Source: Utricularia gibba
Lineage: Eukaryota > Plantae > Magnoliophyta
Direction: 5' to 3'
NCBI GenBank assembly: GCA_002189035.1
Contig: NEEC01000009.1
Coordinates: 1,674,001 to 1,738,000, forward strand
Length of the DNA: 64,000 nucleotides
The notes beneath the pieces are model-generated. The model did no database searches, was not told the origin of the DNA, and worked only from the letters and a program-made list of their open reading frames with translations. The translations under genes were made by a program, and so were the position numbers. Positions 27,106-41,652 of the stretch are shown in pieces; within the stretch, counting starts at the first letter, position 1; each line of letters opens with the position of its first letter.

Positions 27106-28242
27106 ATGATCAAAGAAACGGAGGTTGAGCACTGGAAGGAGATGGAAGAGGTAGTGAAAGAAAACTTGCTGCGGTTTCTGCCAGCAAAAGCTCTCTGCAG
27201 ATTCAGGGCGGTTTGCAGTGACTGGAACCGTAAGATTCAAGATCCCTCATTCGCTTTACATCAGAGCAACCATTTCAACACGTTATCGGGTTTCTTCTGC
27301 CAAGGCAAACGCCAGTTAGAGACCGATATCTGCTTCCTGAGTTTGGATCATTGGGGTTGTGGAGTTCCGGATCCCGATCTCGATTTCTTTCCTGGAAGGC
27401 TCAATATCATCAGCTCTTGCAATGGCATGCTACTCTGTTCTCGAGAAATCGCCCCTTATTTCTGCATTTGCAACCCTGTGACCAAGGAATTCAAGTTGCT
27501 TCCAGATCCATGGACGCTTGGAAGCCATGATGAAAACGAAACAGCAATGGTTTTGGGATTCGACCCCTCTGCTCTTAACGAGGAATCTAGGTACGAGGTT
27601 GTTGCTGCCAAGTTCCCGGATCCTCGGGCACTTACATTCTTTACATATTCGTCTCGAAACCCAAAATGGAGAGAATCGGAGAGCATACTCTTTCTTGATG
27701 TGGATGAAACTAGAAATCTGAATTTCACAGGGGAATCATTCTACTTCAAAGGAACAGCTTACTGGAAAACATCTGATAAAAAAGTGGTTGCTTTTGATCT
27801 GGAGAATGAAGTGTCTGAGCTTATTCTGCTGCCTGAGGAAACCAGTGAACATGGAGCCTTTGGTCAGATCAAAGGGGAGATATGCTATCTCTGCATCCTG
27901 CCTGCTGATCCCCCCGTGATAAGAGTATACAATCTAGCACAGACGGAATGGCAGTATGAGATAAGTTTCAAAGTTGATCAACCATTGACAGGATCTCCAT
28001 GGATTCTGCCTGGTTTTGATGGTAAAACAGTGATGATTCATGAGGGGCTGTCCATTTACTCCTGCTGCCTCGTTGATGGTGAAGCCAATCCTGAATTCAA
28101 GTTGCTCGTCGACGTCCCGATCGATCTGGACTTCAGCAAGCGTCGCAGATACTTTGAGTATATCAACACTCTGGCCCCCATTGAGAATCATGCTGAACAT
28201 GAAAAGTGTTACAATGAATGGTCTCATGGCATTAGCTTTTGA
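27106..28242 (+). CDS. Intronless F-box protein with F-box-associated beta-propeller region
   Basis: ENLLRFLPAKALCRFRAVCSDW F-box motif, IISSCNGMLLC, ICNPVTKEFKLLP, GTAYW, VVAFDLENE. Intact ORF; first ATG at 27106. Confidence 0.9.
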   Translation: MIKETEVEHWKEMEEVVKENLLRFLPAKALCRFRAVCSDWNRKIQDPSFALHQSNHFNTLSGFFCQGKRQLETDICFLSLDHWGCGVPDPDLDFFPGRLNIISSCNGMLLCSREIAPYFCICNPVTKEFKLLPDPWTLGSHDENETAMVLGFDPSALNEESRYEVVAAKFPDPRALTFFTYSSRNPKWRESESILFLDVDETRNLNFTGESFYFKGTAYWKTSDKKVVAFDLENEVSELILLPEETSEHGAFGQIKGEICYLCILPADPPVIRVYNLAQTEWQYEISFKVDQPLTGSPWILPGFDGKTVMIHEGLSIYSCCLVDGEANPEFKLLVDVPIDLDFSKRRRYFEYINTLAPIENHAEHEKCYNEWSHGISF

Positions 28243-28312
28243 ATTGTATTGTTCCAATCACACAGATATCCTTTATGTAAAATACACTTCCCTTATGGAA
28301 CAATGAACCTGA

Positions 28313-30739
<2,427 letters not shown>

Positions 30740-31129
30740 TTCGGCACTGCCAAGTTTCTTCAATATTTTCCACTATGTTTGTGCTCTTGACCAATCCCTC
30801 CCAACCACTAGATTCCAGTCTCCGCTGCTGGGTTTCCTGCAAAGTGCAATGCATGATACCATCAACTTGCCAATGGAATCCTACTTTCATTTATGAGAAT
30901 AGCCCATCACCCTACAGCAAACATGTCAAAGCTACATTATTGCATTTTTCTTCCCTTTTCAAACTTGCGAAAAGCAGTGAACACATCCATTACAAAGCTC
31001 CGATTTTGCCGATGAATTTACATTTTGACTTCAAATTTTGATAATTTTTTTGAGTTTCCACTCACCCTAACCTCCTCCAGAACTCGTCCATGCAAATTGG
31101 CGCAATTCGTCTCTCTGTGCCTCTCATTT

Positions 31130-31275
31130 ACGGGCCTCCACCGTTTTTGGGCCTGCTGGATTAGGGATTGGTTTAAAAAGAAAGGGCCCAATATATAATT
31201 AATGGGGCCCGAATCTGATCCTGGGCTTGATTATAGTTTCACACGGCCCAGGATCTTCTTATAGCCGAAGCCCAT
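31130..31275. promoter_or_regulatory. Dense site II (GGCCC/TGGGCY) cluster in the ALDH/LRR divergent promoter
   Basis: About seven GGGCC/GGCCC/GCCCA motifs within 150 bp between the head-to-head genes. Confidence 0.5.
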
Positions 31276-31532
31276 TTACCTACTTTCGGTAACGTGGATC
31301 TGAAGAAGAAGAAATCAACTTTTCGCCTTTCGGGAGATGTGGAGGAGCGGACCCCACACGGTACTTGCAATTACCATTGAGCCACTGGCTCGAAGTGAAA
31401 ATCTCCGAATAAATGCGCACCAGATGTGGGGACACTTTTGTCTTTCTCTTTTTTATCTTCTCCCCCTTCCCCATCCCGATGCAACGCCGGATTCCATTTC
31501 ATTTCATTCACAGTAACCGATTTCCCCCTCCG

Positions 31533-32905
31533 ATGGCCACCTCCTCTTCTGCTTTCCCCTTCGTCGCTCTCGCGCTTCTGTCTCTCATTTCATCTTCTAA
31601 AGTCGTCGCCTTTACTCATCCCAAGATCTCCGATCCCTCAAAACCCTTAAAACTGCAATTTCGCCGGCTTCTGTTCCCCCAGGCTCCTGCATTGCTTCCT
31701 GGGACTTCTCTGTCGACCCCTGCGCATCGCTTTTCACCGACAAATTCACATGCGGTCTACGCTGCGACGCCGTCTCTGGCTTCGCTTCAAGGGTCACAGA
31801 ACTCGCCCTTGACGGTGCGGGTTACTCCGCCGACCTCTCCGCTGTCGTCTGGACACTCCCTTACCTCCAAAGCCTCGATATCTCGAACAATAACTTCTAC
31901 GGCCAAATCCCAGCTTCGTTTTCTGCGCTGACCCAGCTCCGACGACTGGCGATTTCGCACAATTCCGTCTCCGGAGGTATTCCCGCAACGGTGGGCTCTC
32001 TCAGGAATCTGCAGGAGATTTATCTGGATAACAACTTGTTGAAAGGATGGATCCCGGAGAGCATCAAGAGTTTAACCAACCTGAGGCGGATGGAGATTCA
32101 GCGGAACCGACTCACCGGCGCTTTTCCCGATCTCCGTCAGCTTGGGAACCTGAATGTCATCGACGCCAGCGATAACTACCTCTCCGGCAACCTCCCGGCG
32201 GCCCTCCCAGCGTCTCTGGTGGAGTTGGTGTTGCGAAACAACCGTATCACCGGGCAGATCCCGGTGAACCTCGCAAGTATGTCGCCTTACTTGCAAGTAC
32301 TGGACCTCAGCCACAACACCCTAACCGGGTGGGTACCCGCGTCTCTCTTCGGGCATCCGGGTTTGGAGCAGCTCACACTGTCCTACAACCAACTGGAGTT
32401 CATTCAAGCGCCTCCGGGCATCGGCATGGGCATGGGGAGCTCGCTGATATCCGTGGACCTGGCAAACAACCAGATCCGAGGTCTGCTCCCCGGGTTCATG
32501 GGGCTGATGCCGAGGCTAGCCGCCCTTTCCTTAGAGAACAACAGGTCTCCCATCCCTCCTAACTCACCCCATCGGAGTATGCCCGCAAACCGGTGACTGA
32601 AAATCAGAATTATAACGATGTGCTGAAACCGCAGGTTCTGGGGATTCATCCCCCCGCAGTACGTAATGAAGGTGCTGGTGTCGGACTCCGGCCCCTCCCC
32701 GCGGCAACTGGTGAGGCTCCTCCTGGGCGGGAACTACCTGTTCGGGCCGATTCCGGGCGGGTTGCTGCAGCTGAAACCGGGGATGGTCCAGATCCGGTTA
32801 GGTGACAACTGCCTGTTCCGGTGCCCGGTCAGATTTTTCTTCTGCGAAGGTGGGCCCCAGAAGGCCTTAAGTGAGTGCCGGGGGCTTGGCCCATCCCTCC
32901 CTAAT
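31533..32905 (+). CDS. Secreted extracellular LRR protein (At3g17640/At5g66330-like) with no kinase or TM domain; 2 exons, apparent frameshift
   Basis: Signal peptide. With one C restored at 31620-31622 it reads LRRNT cap SWDFSVDPC...FTCGLRCD..RVTELALD, about 10 plant LRRs (LxxLxLxxNxLxGxIP), intron at about 32544-32634, then FWGFIPPQY...LGDNCLFRCP..FFFCEGG. The end is approximate. Confidence 0.88.
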
Positions 32906-34463
32906 GCCCATGGATTCTTTTTCCTGTTTATTACCAACTTGTGGCGTAGGAGAAATCATTACCGTCTTGTACGAATAAAAAAATAATTCATTTCAGGCAC
33001 ATCATTAAATGCACTGTTGACTTTCGCGACCCCACACACACGCACATTCACCGCGTATCATGATATTCGAATTTCCATCGCAATTATTAATTTTAAATAA
33101 ATTCGCTTTTCCAAGGTATAAAAAAATAATTTTTATTAATATATAAGGATGCATACTTAATTTATGACTAGTTTAAAGTATGCGTAATATAAAATTTGTA
33201 CTTAAAATTAGTTTTTATTGTAAAAAATAAAAAATTTACTGTTTACGAAAATTATTTTTATTTAATCTAAAAAAAACGTTGGCACAAACAACTACCGTAA
33301 TACCCTTTTAATTTGCACGTGGTGATCAGTACGGCTAGGGGTAAATGTGTAGTTTCTTATTTGACAAACCTATTTATTTTTGTTTCAAATGATTGCCATG
33401 TTCTTTTTTATCAGGGAAATGATTGTCGTGTTGAGGTGAGGAGGGGGAGGGAAAGGCGGAGAGTGTCTTTTGAAAAAAACTACAAACTTTGGGGGTTCTG
33501 GGGTGCGGTGGAGCTATTCGAAACAGGGTAAGGAGAGTGTGCAGACAGATAGATGCACAATGATCGCTAGGCTCCTCCTGGGTTGGGACGAGTGGCAGGC
33601 AGTCATGTCTGCTGCACTAACGCTTTACCCTTCTGGGAAATCATGGCCCTGAAGGGTTCTTTAAGAAAGGAAAACTGCCTTCAGCAGTCTTGCAGACGAT
33701 AGTATGGAAATCATGGCCAACTGGGCCGGCATCATTGATATGAAAGTTCAGACGCTCCAGTTCTCTACATGCCCATTTTGGGTCCTGATTTTTATCATCA
33801 GTGTCACGGGTGCCGGTCATCGGAGACAGAATGAATGAATCAGCGCTACTGCTACTACTCCGTTGCTCCTCTGTTTAAGTCGGCCGAATACCTCATTGGG
33901 TAGAATTTGTGAATCTGGGCCTGATCGAGGAACAACTCGCCATCGGCTCTTACGTCCGTTGCCACTTTCTCAGGTACAGGAGATGATGTGGCAAAATCCC
34001 CAAGTCAAGGTTTCCGTGTGCGTTGTGTTAGCAGGAGGAGGAAGTTGCCGGAGCAAGGAAGTTCCGGCTGTCGTGATCATGGCAGTCGTCGTAGAAAAAT
34101 GTTAAAAAATGAATGGAAAGCAGATTTAGTGTAAGATTGTGGGTCGGATTTTAGTCAGTTTGTTCCCGGGGTACCCCCTTCGAAGATGCTATAACCAGCA
34201 GAATCTATGGCACCCGAGCCAAATGCCATGTCCATTTTCGTCAACGAGAGAAAAGGGCCAACAATAGAATAATTCGGTGAACAATTGCTCACACATTTCT
34301 GTCATCTTCTTGCTTTCATCGACGCACCAAGATCCGATTAGCTATTGATAGCCGCAGAGGTGATGGTGCCCTGCTCCGGCGTACCTGCTTGAGACTTTTT
34401 TTCTTTTCAGATCGGTGATATGAATCGAGGAAACTCGTCATAATCGCGGGGAGTTCGATTTAT

Positions 34464-36566
34464 ATGGATCCCGATGAATTTCGGGCGGTTTTGACGAGAT
34501 CGGGTGCTGGGATATGGGGGATGCTTGAGGCTGCGATTAAAGTAGCTACCTCGGACTACGGCGAGGAGTTGTGCCGCGGGCGAGATGGAATTATTGAGTT
34601 GCTGTACGCGCCGTCTTCGAAGGCTTGCAAGAACTGTGGTGGTGGATTTGAGAGTGGTGTAAACCACGGGCGCCGGGTGTGCAGTGACAATGTTACGAAT
34701 AGTGGCGATGATACGGATAATACAGACGGAATTCGTGAAAGAAAAAAGGGCGTTGCCGATGAAGGGTATGCAGTTAATAAAAGCTCGAGTAAGGATTACG
34801 GTAGAAGTCCGTCGACCCCTGAATCAAATCCCAGGTCTTTTACCGGTTTAGGAGATGATGGTGGCGATTTAGATTCATATGGTGGGTTGTTTGATGATGA
34901 ACAGACCAGAATTCTTAGCATAAAAGAACAGCTTGAAGACTCCCAGCAGGTTTTGACTTCAAACTCCTTTTCTAGAGCAATGTTTTGTGGAACATGATTA
35001 ATCTCTTGCTGTTCAGAGTGAAGATGGTGTGATGGAACTACTGCAAACCTTAGCTGATATGGATATAACATTTCAAGCTCTCAAGGTTAAAACTGAATTC
35101 CATGATGTTTAGTTATGTTTGTTTGAAGAACCTAGAAGTTTCTATTCTCGTCAGCAGCGGCAATGTGCATTTTTTTTTGTTTTGAAAAAACGCCATATGT
35201 TATCTAGGAAACTGATATAGGAAGGCATGTGAATCGATTGAGAAAGCATCAATCTGGTGAAGTTCGTAGATTGGTGAAGCAGCTAGTCAGGTTTCACATA
35301 AACCGCAGCTGGTTTTTATGCTTGATACATATCTCTGGAGTTTTGATCATTTCGTTGCTATCTCCATGAGTTCAGAAAGTGGAAGGAAACCGTGGATGAT
35401 TGGGTGAAGGTGAACCAGACCGAGACAACTTCGAACCTGATAGGTAATCTTCAGTATTGCGCTTTTCGTATGGCACCCAAGCTTATACATGATGTACCAT
35501 GGCAGCTAGAGATAGTTTGTTGAATGGAAATGGCTACTTCTATAAATGAGATTTAACGATCCTGCTGACAATGTTGATGGTTACAGCAGCTGTGGACTCC
35601 CCTCAGCATAACATTCCCAAAAGCCAACATAATGGGCACTACCAGGTGATTTAAACACTGCTCCTTCCTATGATCTTTCTTCTTTGTGGAGAGAGCTGAA
35701 GTAAAAATGCTCAAATGAAATTAGACGGAAGGAAAAGTGGCAGTATGGATTGAATACCATTGCTTTTTTTTTTTTTTTTTCTATCTAGGTTCCAGATTTT
35801 GGATACTCCCCGATCCATTGAGTGAGTGATGAATCTCTTTTTACCACTGAACACCTAGTTGCATGGCATTGACGTTGTTAATGTTGTATTTTTTCAATAG
35901 ATAGGTGTTCCACCTCAGAGAGAAATCATGCAGAATATGAACCAAAGAGCAAACAACCTCAATCTGCACCCCGGAGAGAAACTCCCTCCAGGCCACCACC
36001 ACCAGCTCCTAAATCTTCCTCTGCCCCACCTTCTAGGGTACTATCTATTTGTTCATCTCTGTGTCTTTTAGAAGTCAGTGATTTTAGTAGAGCTTGCACT
36101 TTCGACGTGGGTTTCCTTGCACATATATCAGCAAACTGAGCAATTGCTGAATAAACATGGTTTCTATTTCTATTGTCTCTTTCCTTGGTATTCTCAATTG
36201 TAAACAGAAACCTTTCATCACTTGACGTTTCATACTTAACCAGATCACCCCAATTTTTGCAGAGGGAAGGAGTAGATCCTGCTGTGGATGATGAGAGGTT
36301 CAATTCAGCTAGAAGGCGGCTCCATGAGAACTACCAAGAAGCTGAGAATGGTGTGCTTTCTACTCCGAAACGCCCTCTCTCCGCACTTACTCTTATCCTG
36401 ATTTTGCTTCCTGACAAACCTTTCTGTCCTGCTCATGCGAACTTCCAATCACGAAGCCAAAAAGCATAGAACCATTCAGGTGATGGACATCCATGAGATT
36501 CCAAAACCAAAGAAGGCGTTCTTCCCCAAGAACAAAGGCGGCTTCCACGGGAGGCATAATCATTGA
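34464..36566 (+). CDS. MED26C: TFIIS N-terminal domain protein, Mediator subunit 26c-like; multi-exon
   Basis: [10 protein letters not shown]...[35 protein letters not shown]|[45 protein letters not shown]|[19 protein letters not shown]. Confidence 0.9.
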
Positions 36567-39281
36567 TTCCCATTATTTAACATGTTGCATTCACCATGCC
36601 GAAGGGCATTCCTGCAAAGAGTCCATACATTTGATGCAAGATACGGTACAAGTCATGGTTCATCATGCAACGTGTTTTGTCATTGTGGATTAATTATGTA
36701 AGCTGCAGTCTCGATTAAAGGGTGTCGATGTTGCTACTCAAGTTCATAGCTTTCAATACCAGAGAAGAACCCCACAAAGAGAAAGGAAGATTCCCTTCTT
36801 TGGATCAGGACCAAAGACCATGCCCCTTTTCTGAATCACTTCCTACTCCCTCAGACAGTAACACTCCTTCAGTAACCGTAAGTCTCAACTCTGAAATTCT
36901 CTTGATGATTTCCTAAAGATGGATATGCCAATTTTGTTAGAACACATGTCTCTCACATCGAAATATTTCTCAGTCCTTAACATGCTCGTTAAGTGCTATT
37001 GTTTTTTAAGCATCTCCATAATATTAAGTGCTGTTGTAGTATACTGATTGATCAATTGATGATGGGTGACACACACTTAGTTCCCAAAATGGCTTTTATT
37101 TCGAAAGTTCAGACAGTAAGAAGAGTGTCAAGTAGATGACACATACTAAAAAATCACAAATGTTGGAACTTTTTGCTTTCTCTCAGAGGTTATAAAGTGC
37201 ACAGGACAAGGCCTGGTAAGCATTAAGTATCCCATCAGAAGGCAAATTAGAACCCTCAAAACTTAACCAAAAAAGATCTATGGGAACCACTTCCCATCGA
37301 TTGCTTAGATTGCAATCAATTCAGTCGCCAGGGGACGTATTTTCTGTCTTTTTGACTGCTGTTGCAGATGTGGAAGTGCCAGCACTACAGTGCATGAGGC
37401 TTTCCAACCCCAGGTTGAATATTTGGTGAACGAAAAGGAAGAATGAGACTCACCGTGATGCACATTCACAGAAGCTAAACAAAACAAACAGAGGCACATG
37501 GGTGGGCGCCGGGCCTGAACCTTGTGCACTTTAAACATCGATATTACCAAACACCAGAACTCTGAATCTCAAAACCAATGAGCATCGTTTCCAAAATGGG
37601 TAGTATTGTGAGAGAAGGTCCTCAGCTCCTGTGGTGAAACCTTTTTGGTCTTCTAAGATAACAATGCCAAATGTTTTTGTAGACGTACGGTAGATTAGCA
37701 CCCGATACTGGTAGAAGCGAGTATCCAACAAAACTGCTGTTCATGAACCCGACATTGTTTATGTTTGTGAGACTACTGAAGACGTACCCGGTACGTGTAA
37801 CCATTTTGGAACCAGATGCGAGACTCCATAAGCCAAATGAACCGGGGTTCCAACCAGGGTTCACACCTCATCCATGGAAACTGCAATGCAGCAAAGCAAA
37901 TCATTGAAACTTTTTTTTCTTTTGACTTGTGAGGGAGTAGCAGCGACAGCGAGGGCGTGTTTGAAAGAAGAGAAATGAGACACGTTGGAGTCATATTTGA
38001 CGTGAGACAAATGTTATCCCCCAACACATTTGTATCAGATGAATACGATTGCAGACACCGGAGGTACTCCCGTCCCGATTGCCAGTTGCATATCTTGTCT
38101 GTAACCTCCGACTCTTCGTGTTTCTTGAACAGCGACTGCGTACTCGATAAGGTGCGTACACCCTTCAGAAAAACAACTACGAACGACCCTCTCAAACTTC
38201 AACCCCATCTCAGAACCTGCCTCTCGGAACTCGGGAGTACCTCGCCGGAGAACCCCACCGGTTTCCGCCCATTTTCTGGGCAGCTTTCATCTTTACCGCC
38301 TTCTTCGTTCAGCAACAAACCTGATTTGGTATCATCTTGCGCCCCCAGGAATCAGCTTGGTCAACGGATGCCAACAGAAACATGCACCGACAATTCCATA
38401 ATCACCCAGAAAACAAAAAAAGCAAATACAATTCGAACTAAAATGAGCTCAATTCGATACCGGGTGTTAATAAATTTGTAAGAATCGGACATGTTGAATT
38501 CAAACCATGGAACTGCAGACAAAAAAGTGAACACTTGCAAGAAATTAATATGACCTTCGAATAAAACAAAACAAGATGGACGTTGATAAAGTGAAAGTTT
38601 TGGATGTTAAATATCTAGACACTACACCATGAATGAGACATGTTGCATGAAAAATATTACTTAAAAAAATAAGTATCCCGAAAGATTAATTTAATACATA
38701 ATGTGTAATTAATAATATATTATCGATTATAAAGAATTTGAATCAACGATAAGTGTTAAATTCAACTACATGTGAATAATGTACCAAGCGCATCGAAATT
38801 AGTATATTATACATTTTTTAGAGCCATTTGAAAGGATGATTAACAATAGGCTCTAATGTAAGAAATGTCATCGAAAAATTAGAGAATTTTACACATTATT
38901 TCACGTGTCAATTATATTGATAAACGTTTCAAATAAATTGAATATTTATATTTAAATTACTATCATAAAGTATAATTTATAGTTCCACATCAATATGAAT
39001 GTGAAGAATATAGATATTTGATGGTTTAAGGTGATTAATCTATTGAATATTTTTAAAATATTATATAAAATAAGTAATTTTATATTTTATAATTAAAATT
39101 AAGTATTTTTTATTTTTAAACTTATAAAAAAAAAGAATCTTCACTTATTTAAAGATGTGGTGGGTCCCGCCACTGTGAAGCTTCTTTCCAGTCTCTTCCT
39201 TCGAAACTCCGACAAAAATGTGGAAGTGATATGTTATTTGGCGCTTGTTCAAATTGACCTTACTTCACAAACCTCCAAAAG

Positions 39282-40262
39282 CTACATGTCTCCAAACATC
39301 AAATGCCGTAAGTCCACAGTCGTCCCCGGAGTTGCCGCCGGAGGTTCCATGGCTTCCTCGGAAAACCCTACCGGATTTTCGCCGTGGTCCCATTTCTCAG
39401 CGGTTTCCAGCAATTCATTCCACCACCGGCTACTCGATGCTTCGTAGGCATCTCCTCCATTTATTGCAACATCCTCGTCGGCCAGATAGTCCAGCGACGG
39501 CGACTTTGAGAAGCGAGTGGGGTTCTGGGGAACAGCGCTTTCACCGCCGGAAAATTGAGCAGGTTTATAACGTGGGTTTCGTGTGTGGGACAACTTAAGC
39601 GGCCTTGGCTTGATGACGCTGGTTTCTTGCACGGAGTCTGATTTTTCGGTGTCGCCGTCTTCGGCAATGGCGGGGGCTGCAACCTTTTTTTGGAGGTGCG
39701 AGTTCCAGAAGTTCTTCACATCGTTGGCCGTCCTCCCGGAAGCCTCCCCGCGATCAGAGTCCACCTTAACAGATAACAGAAATGCACGTCTTCTAAGAGT
39801 TCGAACAGTGGCGCGATAATGTTTCATTTTTGTGTTAGAAAACACATTCGATCCGAATTTGAAAAAGAATCTGAGTTTCATGCTAATCGCCATGTTCATC
39901 TGATACGATATAGTTCACCAAAAAAGGGCAAGAAGGTTTACTTGTTGCCTAGAAGCTTGTGAAGGCGGATGAGCAGGTCGACTTCATCTTGGGAGAAGCG
40001 AGTTCTGTTTATATCTGGCCGCAAGTAGTTCAACCACCTCAACCGGCAGCTTTTCCGGCACCGGTTCAATCCTGAAGCGCCTCCCGGTCAGAACAAGAAG
40101 AAACGAGTAAAAGAAAACTTGTGGCTCATTCATAGTCTGCGGGCTACCTGCTCTCAATGGGACCAAGTGCCATTTTCCTTCTCCATAAGTCTCAATGCAT
40201 TTTTTCAACAGAGCATCTTCTGCCTTGCTCCATGCTCCTTTCCGTACACCTGCGGCTGCCAT
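39282..40262 (-). CDS. R2R3-MYB subgroup 6 (anthocyanin activator type), MYB-A; 3 exons, apparent 1-nt frameshift in R3
   Basis: GVRKGAW...[31 protein letters not shown], bHLH-binding motif [24 protein letters not shown] motif, KPRPLKL SG6-like box, WWNELLE. One G is missing at 39735-39737 (PGRT). Confidence 0.9.
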
Positions 40263-40572
40263 TTCTTAGAGAGAGAGAAAGAAAGGAAAAGGAGGATGCA
40301 ATGCAGCACACTGAATCATCTCGGGCATTAAAATATACATGAGAGCCACATTCCTCCACAGTTACCACCCTACGTGTTGAGTTCACCACCACTTGAGGTA
40401 ATCTTAACTACTCTTTCTTTATTCTTTCTGTCGTACGATCACATATGAATTTAAAATAGATAATAAATAGTGAATAGCTTAAATAATATACGGTTTATAA
40501 AATATCACATTGAAAACAAACCGTGGGCGAAGTCACCTTTTGCACTAGAAACCTCCAATCATTTTGATTAAT

Positions 40573-40716
40573 ATTGATATGTAATTTCTTATATAATTAA
40601 CTATTTTAATATAAAATAATGATATAAAATTGTTTGTTTTAATAATTGATATGTAATTTCTTATATAATTAACTATTTTAACATAAAATAATGATGTAAA
40701 ATCATTTGTTTTAATA
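40573..40716. repeat. 72-bp tandem duplication (2 copies) in the MYB-A upstream region
   Basis: attgatatgtaatttcttatataattaactattttaa... starts at 40573 and again at 40645, with only a few substitutions. Confidence 0.9.
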
Positions 40717-41229
40717 TTTATATAAATAACTGATGAAATTTCATCAGTCACGTAAACATATATGGAAATTTAAATACACAAAAAACGTGAATAATATTAA
40801 AAAAATAAATTTAATTAATTAATATTAATATATAATTTTTTATATACTTAATTATTTCATTTTGAAATTTGACATAACATTGTTTGTTCTAATACTAACC
40901 AAATTCAATCATTCCAATAACAATGTGACACCTAAATAAACCACTCATTTCTTGCAGAATTGGTTTGTGTAATCCCTATTAGAGCATTCCATCTTTTTTT
41001 CACGCATTTGGGTCTGCGGGGAGTCTGAGAACCAGTTTGGATCCTTGTTGCTCCCTCCTCCCGGCCTCATACACCTCGACTCCATCTCCCAACTTAATAA
41101 GCTCTCCTGCAGCACAATCACGGGCCTAAACTGAATACCTATAAGTCCTTGACTGCTATCCCTTCACTGATCGATAAGTACATTCATCTGGTGTCGCTGG
41201 TGATGGGTCCCTCCACATAGGGCCCACAC

Positions 41230-41652
41230 ACAAAAAAAAAGAAAAAAAAGAAGAGAGTTGGTGCACGGGGTTTGGTGTGCCAAACCAATGTGTGCCCTCC
41301 CCTCTCTCCCTCACACAAACACACAATAGTTGAAAAACTCTCAAGACTATTAGGTGTTTTGAGTAAGTTTTTCGGTTTCCGATGGTAGAATAGGGAAAGA
41401 AGAAAGATAGTACTCTTTACTATTCGTGTTTCTCGCCCGATAGAGTTTTCAGGGAAAGGGTAGAAAGAAATAGTAAAATCCGGTAGTTTACTGAGGTAAA
41501 TCTCTTTGTATTCACTGTGGTAAATAGTAAATTTTTCTCGAAGTTGAGTGTGGACGTTACCCTTATTTTGGGGTGAACCACGTTAAATCTCGATGTATTT
41601 TTCTTGATATTTGCGGTCAATTTTATTGTATTATATCGACTACGATCAACGG
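41230..41652 (+). mobile_element. Putative solo/partial LTR of a Ty1-copia-type retrotransposon
   Basis: GTGGACGTTACCC-TTATTTT-GGGGTGAACCACGTTAAATCTCG (41550-41592) resembles the GTGGAYGTA...GAACCACGT.AAAT signature I associate with plant copia LTR 3' halves; it is preceded by TTGTATTC...ATAGT.AAATT and followed by a T-rich tail. Termini and TSD could not be fixed. Confidence 0.45.

Noticed and set aside
37707-37727. Partial resemblance to miR828 (…GAGTATCCA), suggesting a TAS4-like site
   Set aside because: Only about 13 of 22 positions match, with a gap and a poor seed; not a credible target or precursor.
38040-38300. Weak similarity of a minus-frame peptide (RSCFSE…VGGYRQDM) to the COI1 C-terminus
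   Set aside because: Too few identities, and no LRR periodicity or flanking exons; kept only as part of the unexplained-locus finding.
40545-40751. 68-aa ORF with an internal repeat
   Set aside because: It is simply the translation of the AT-rich 72-bp tandem duplication.
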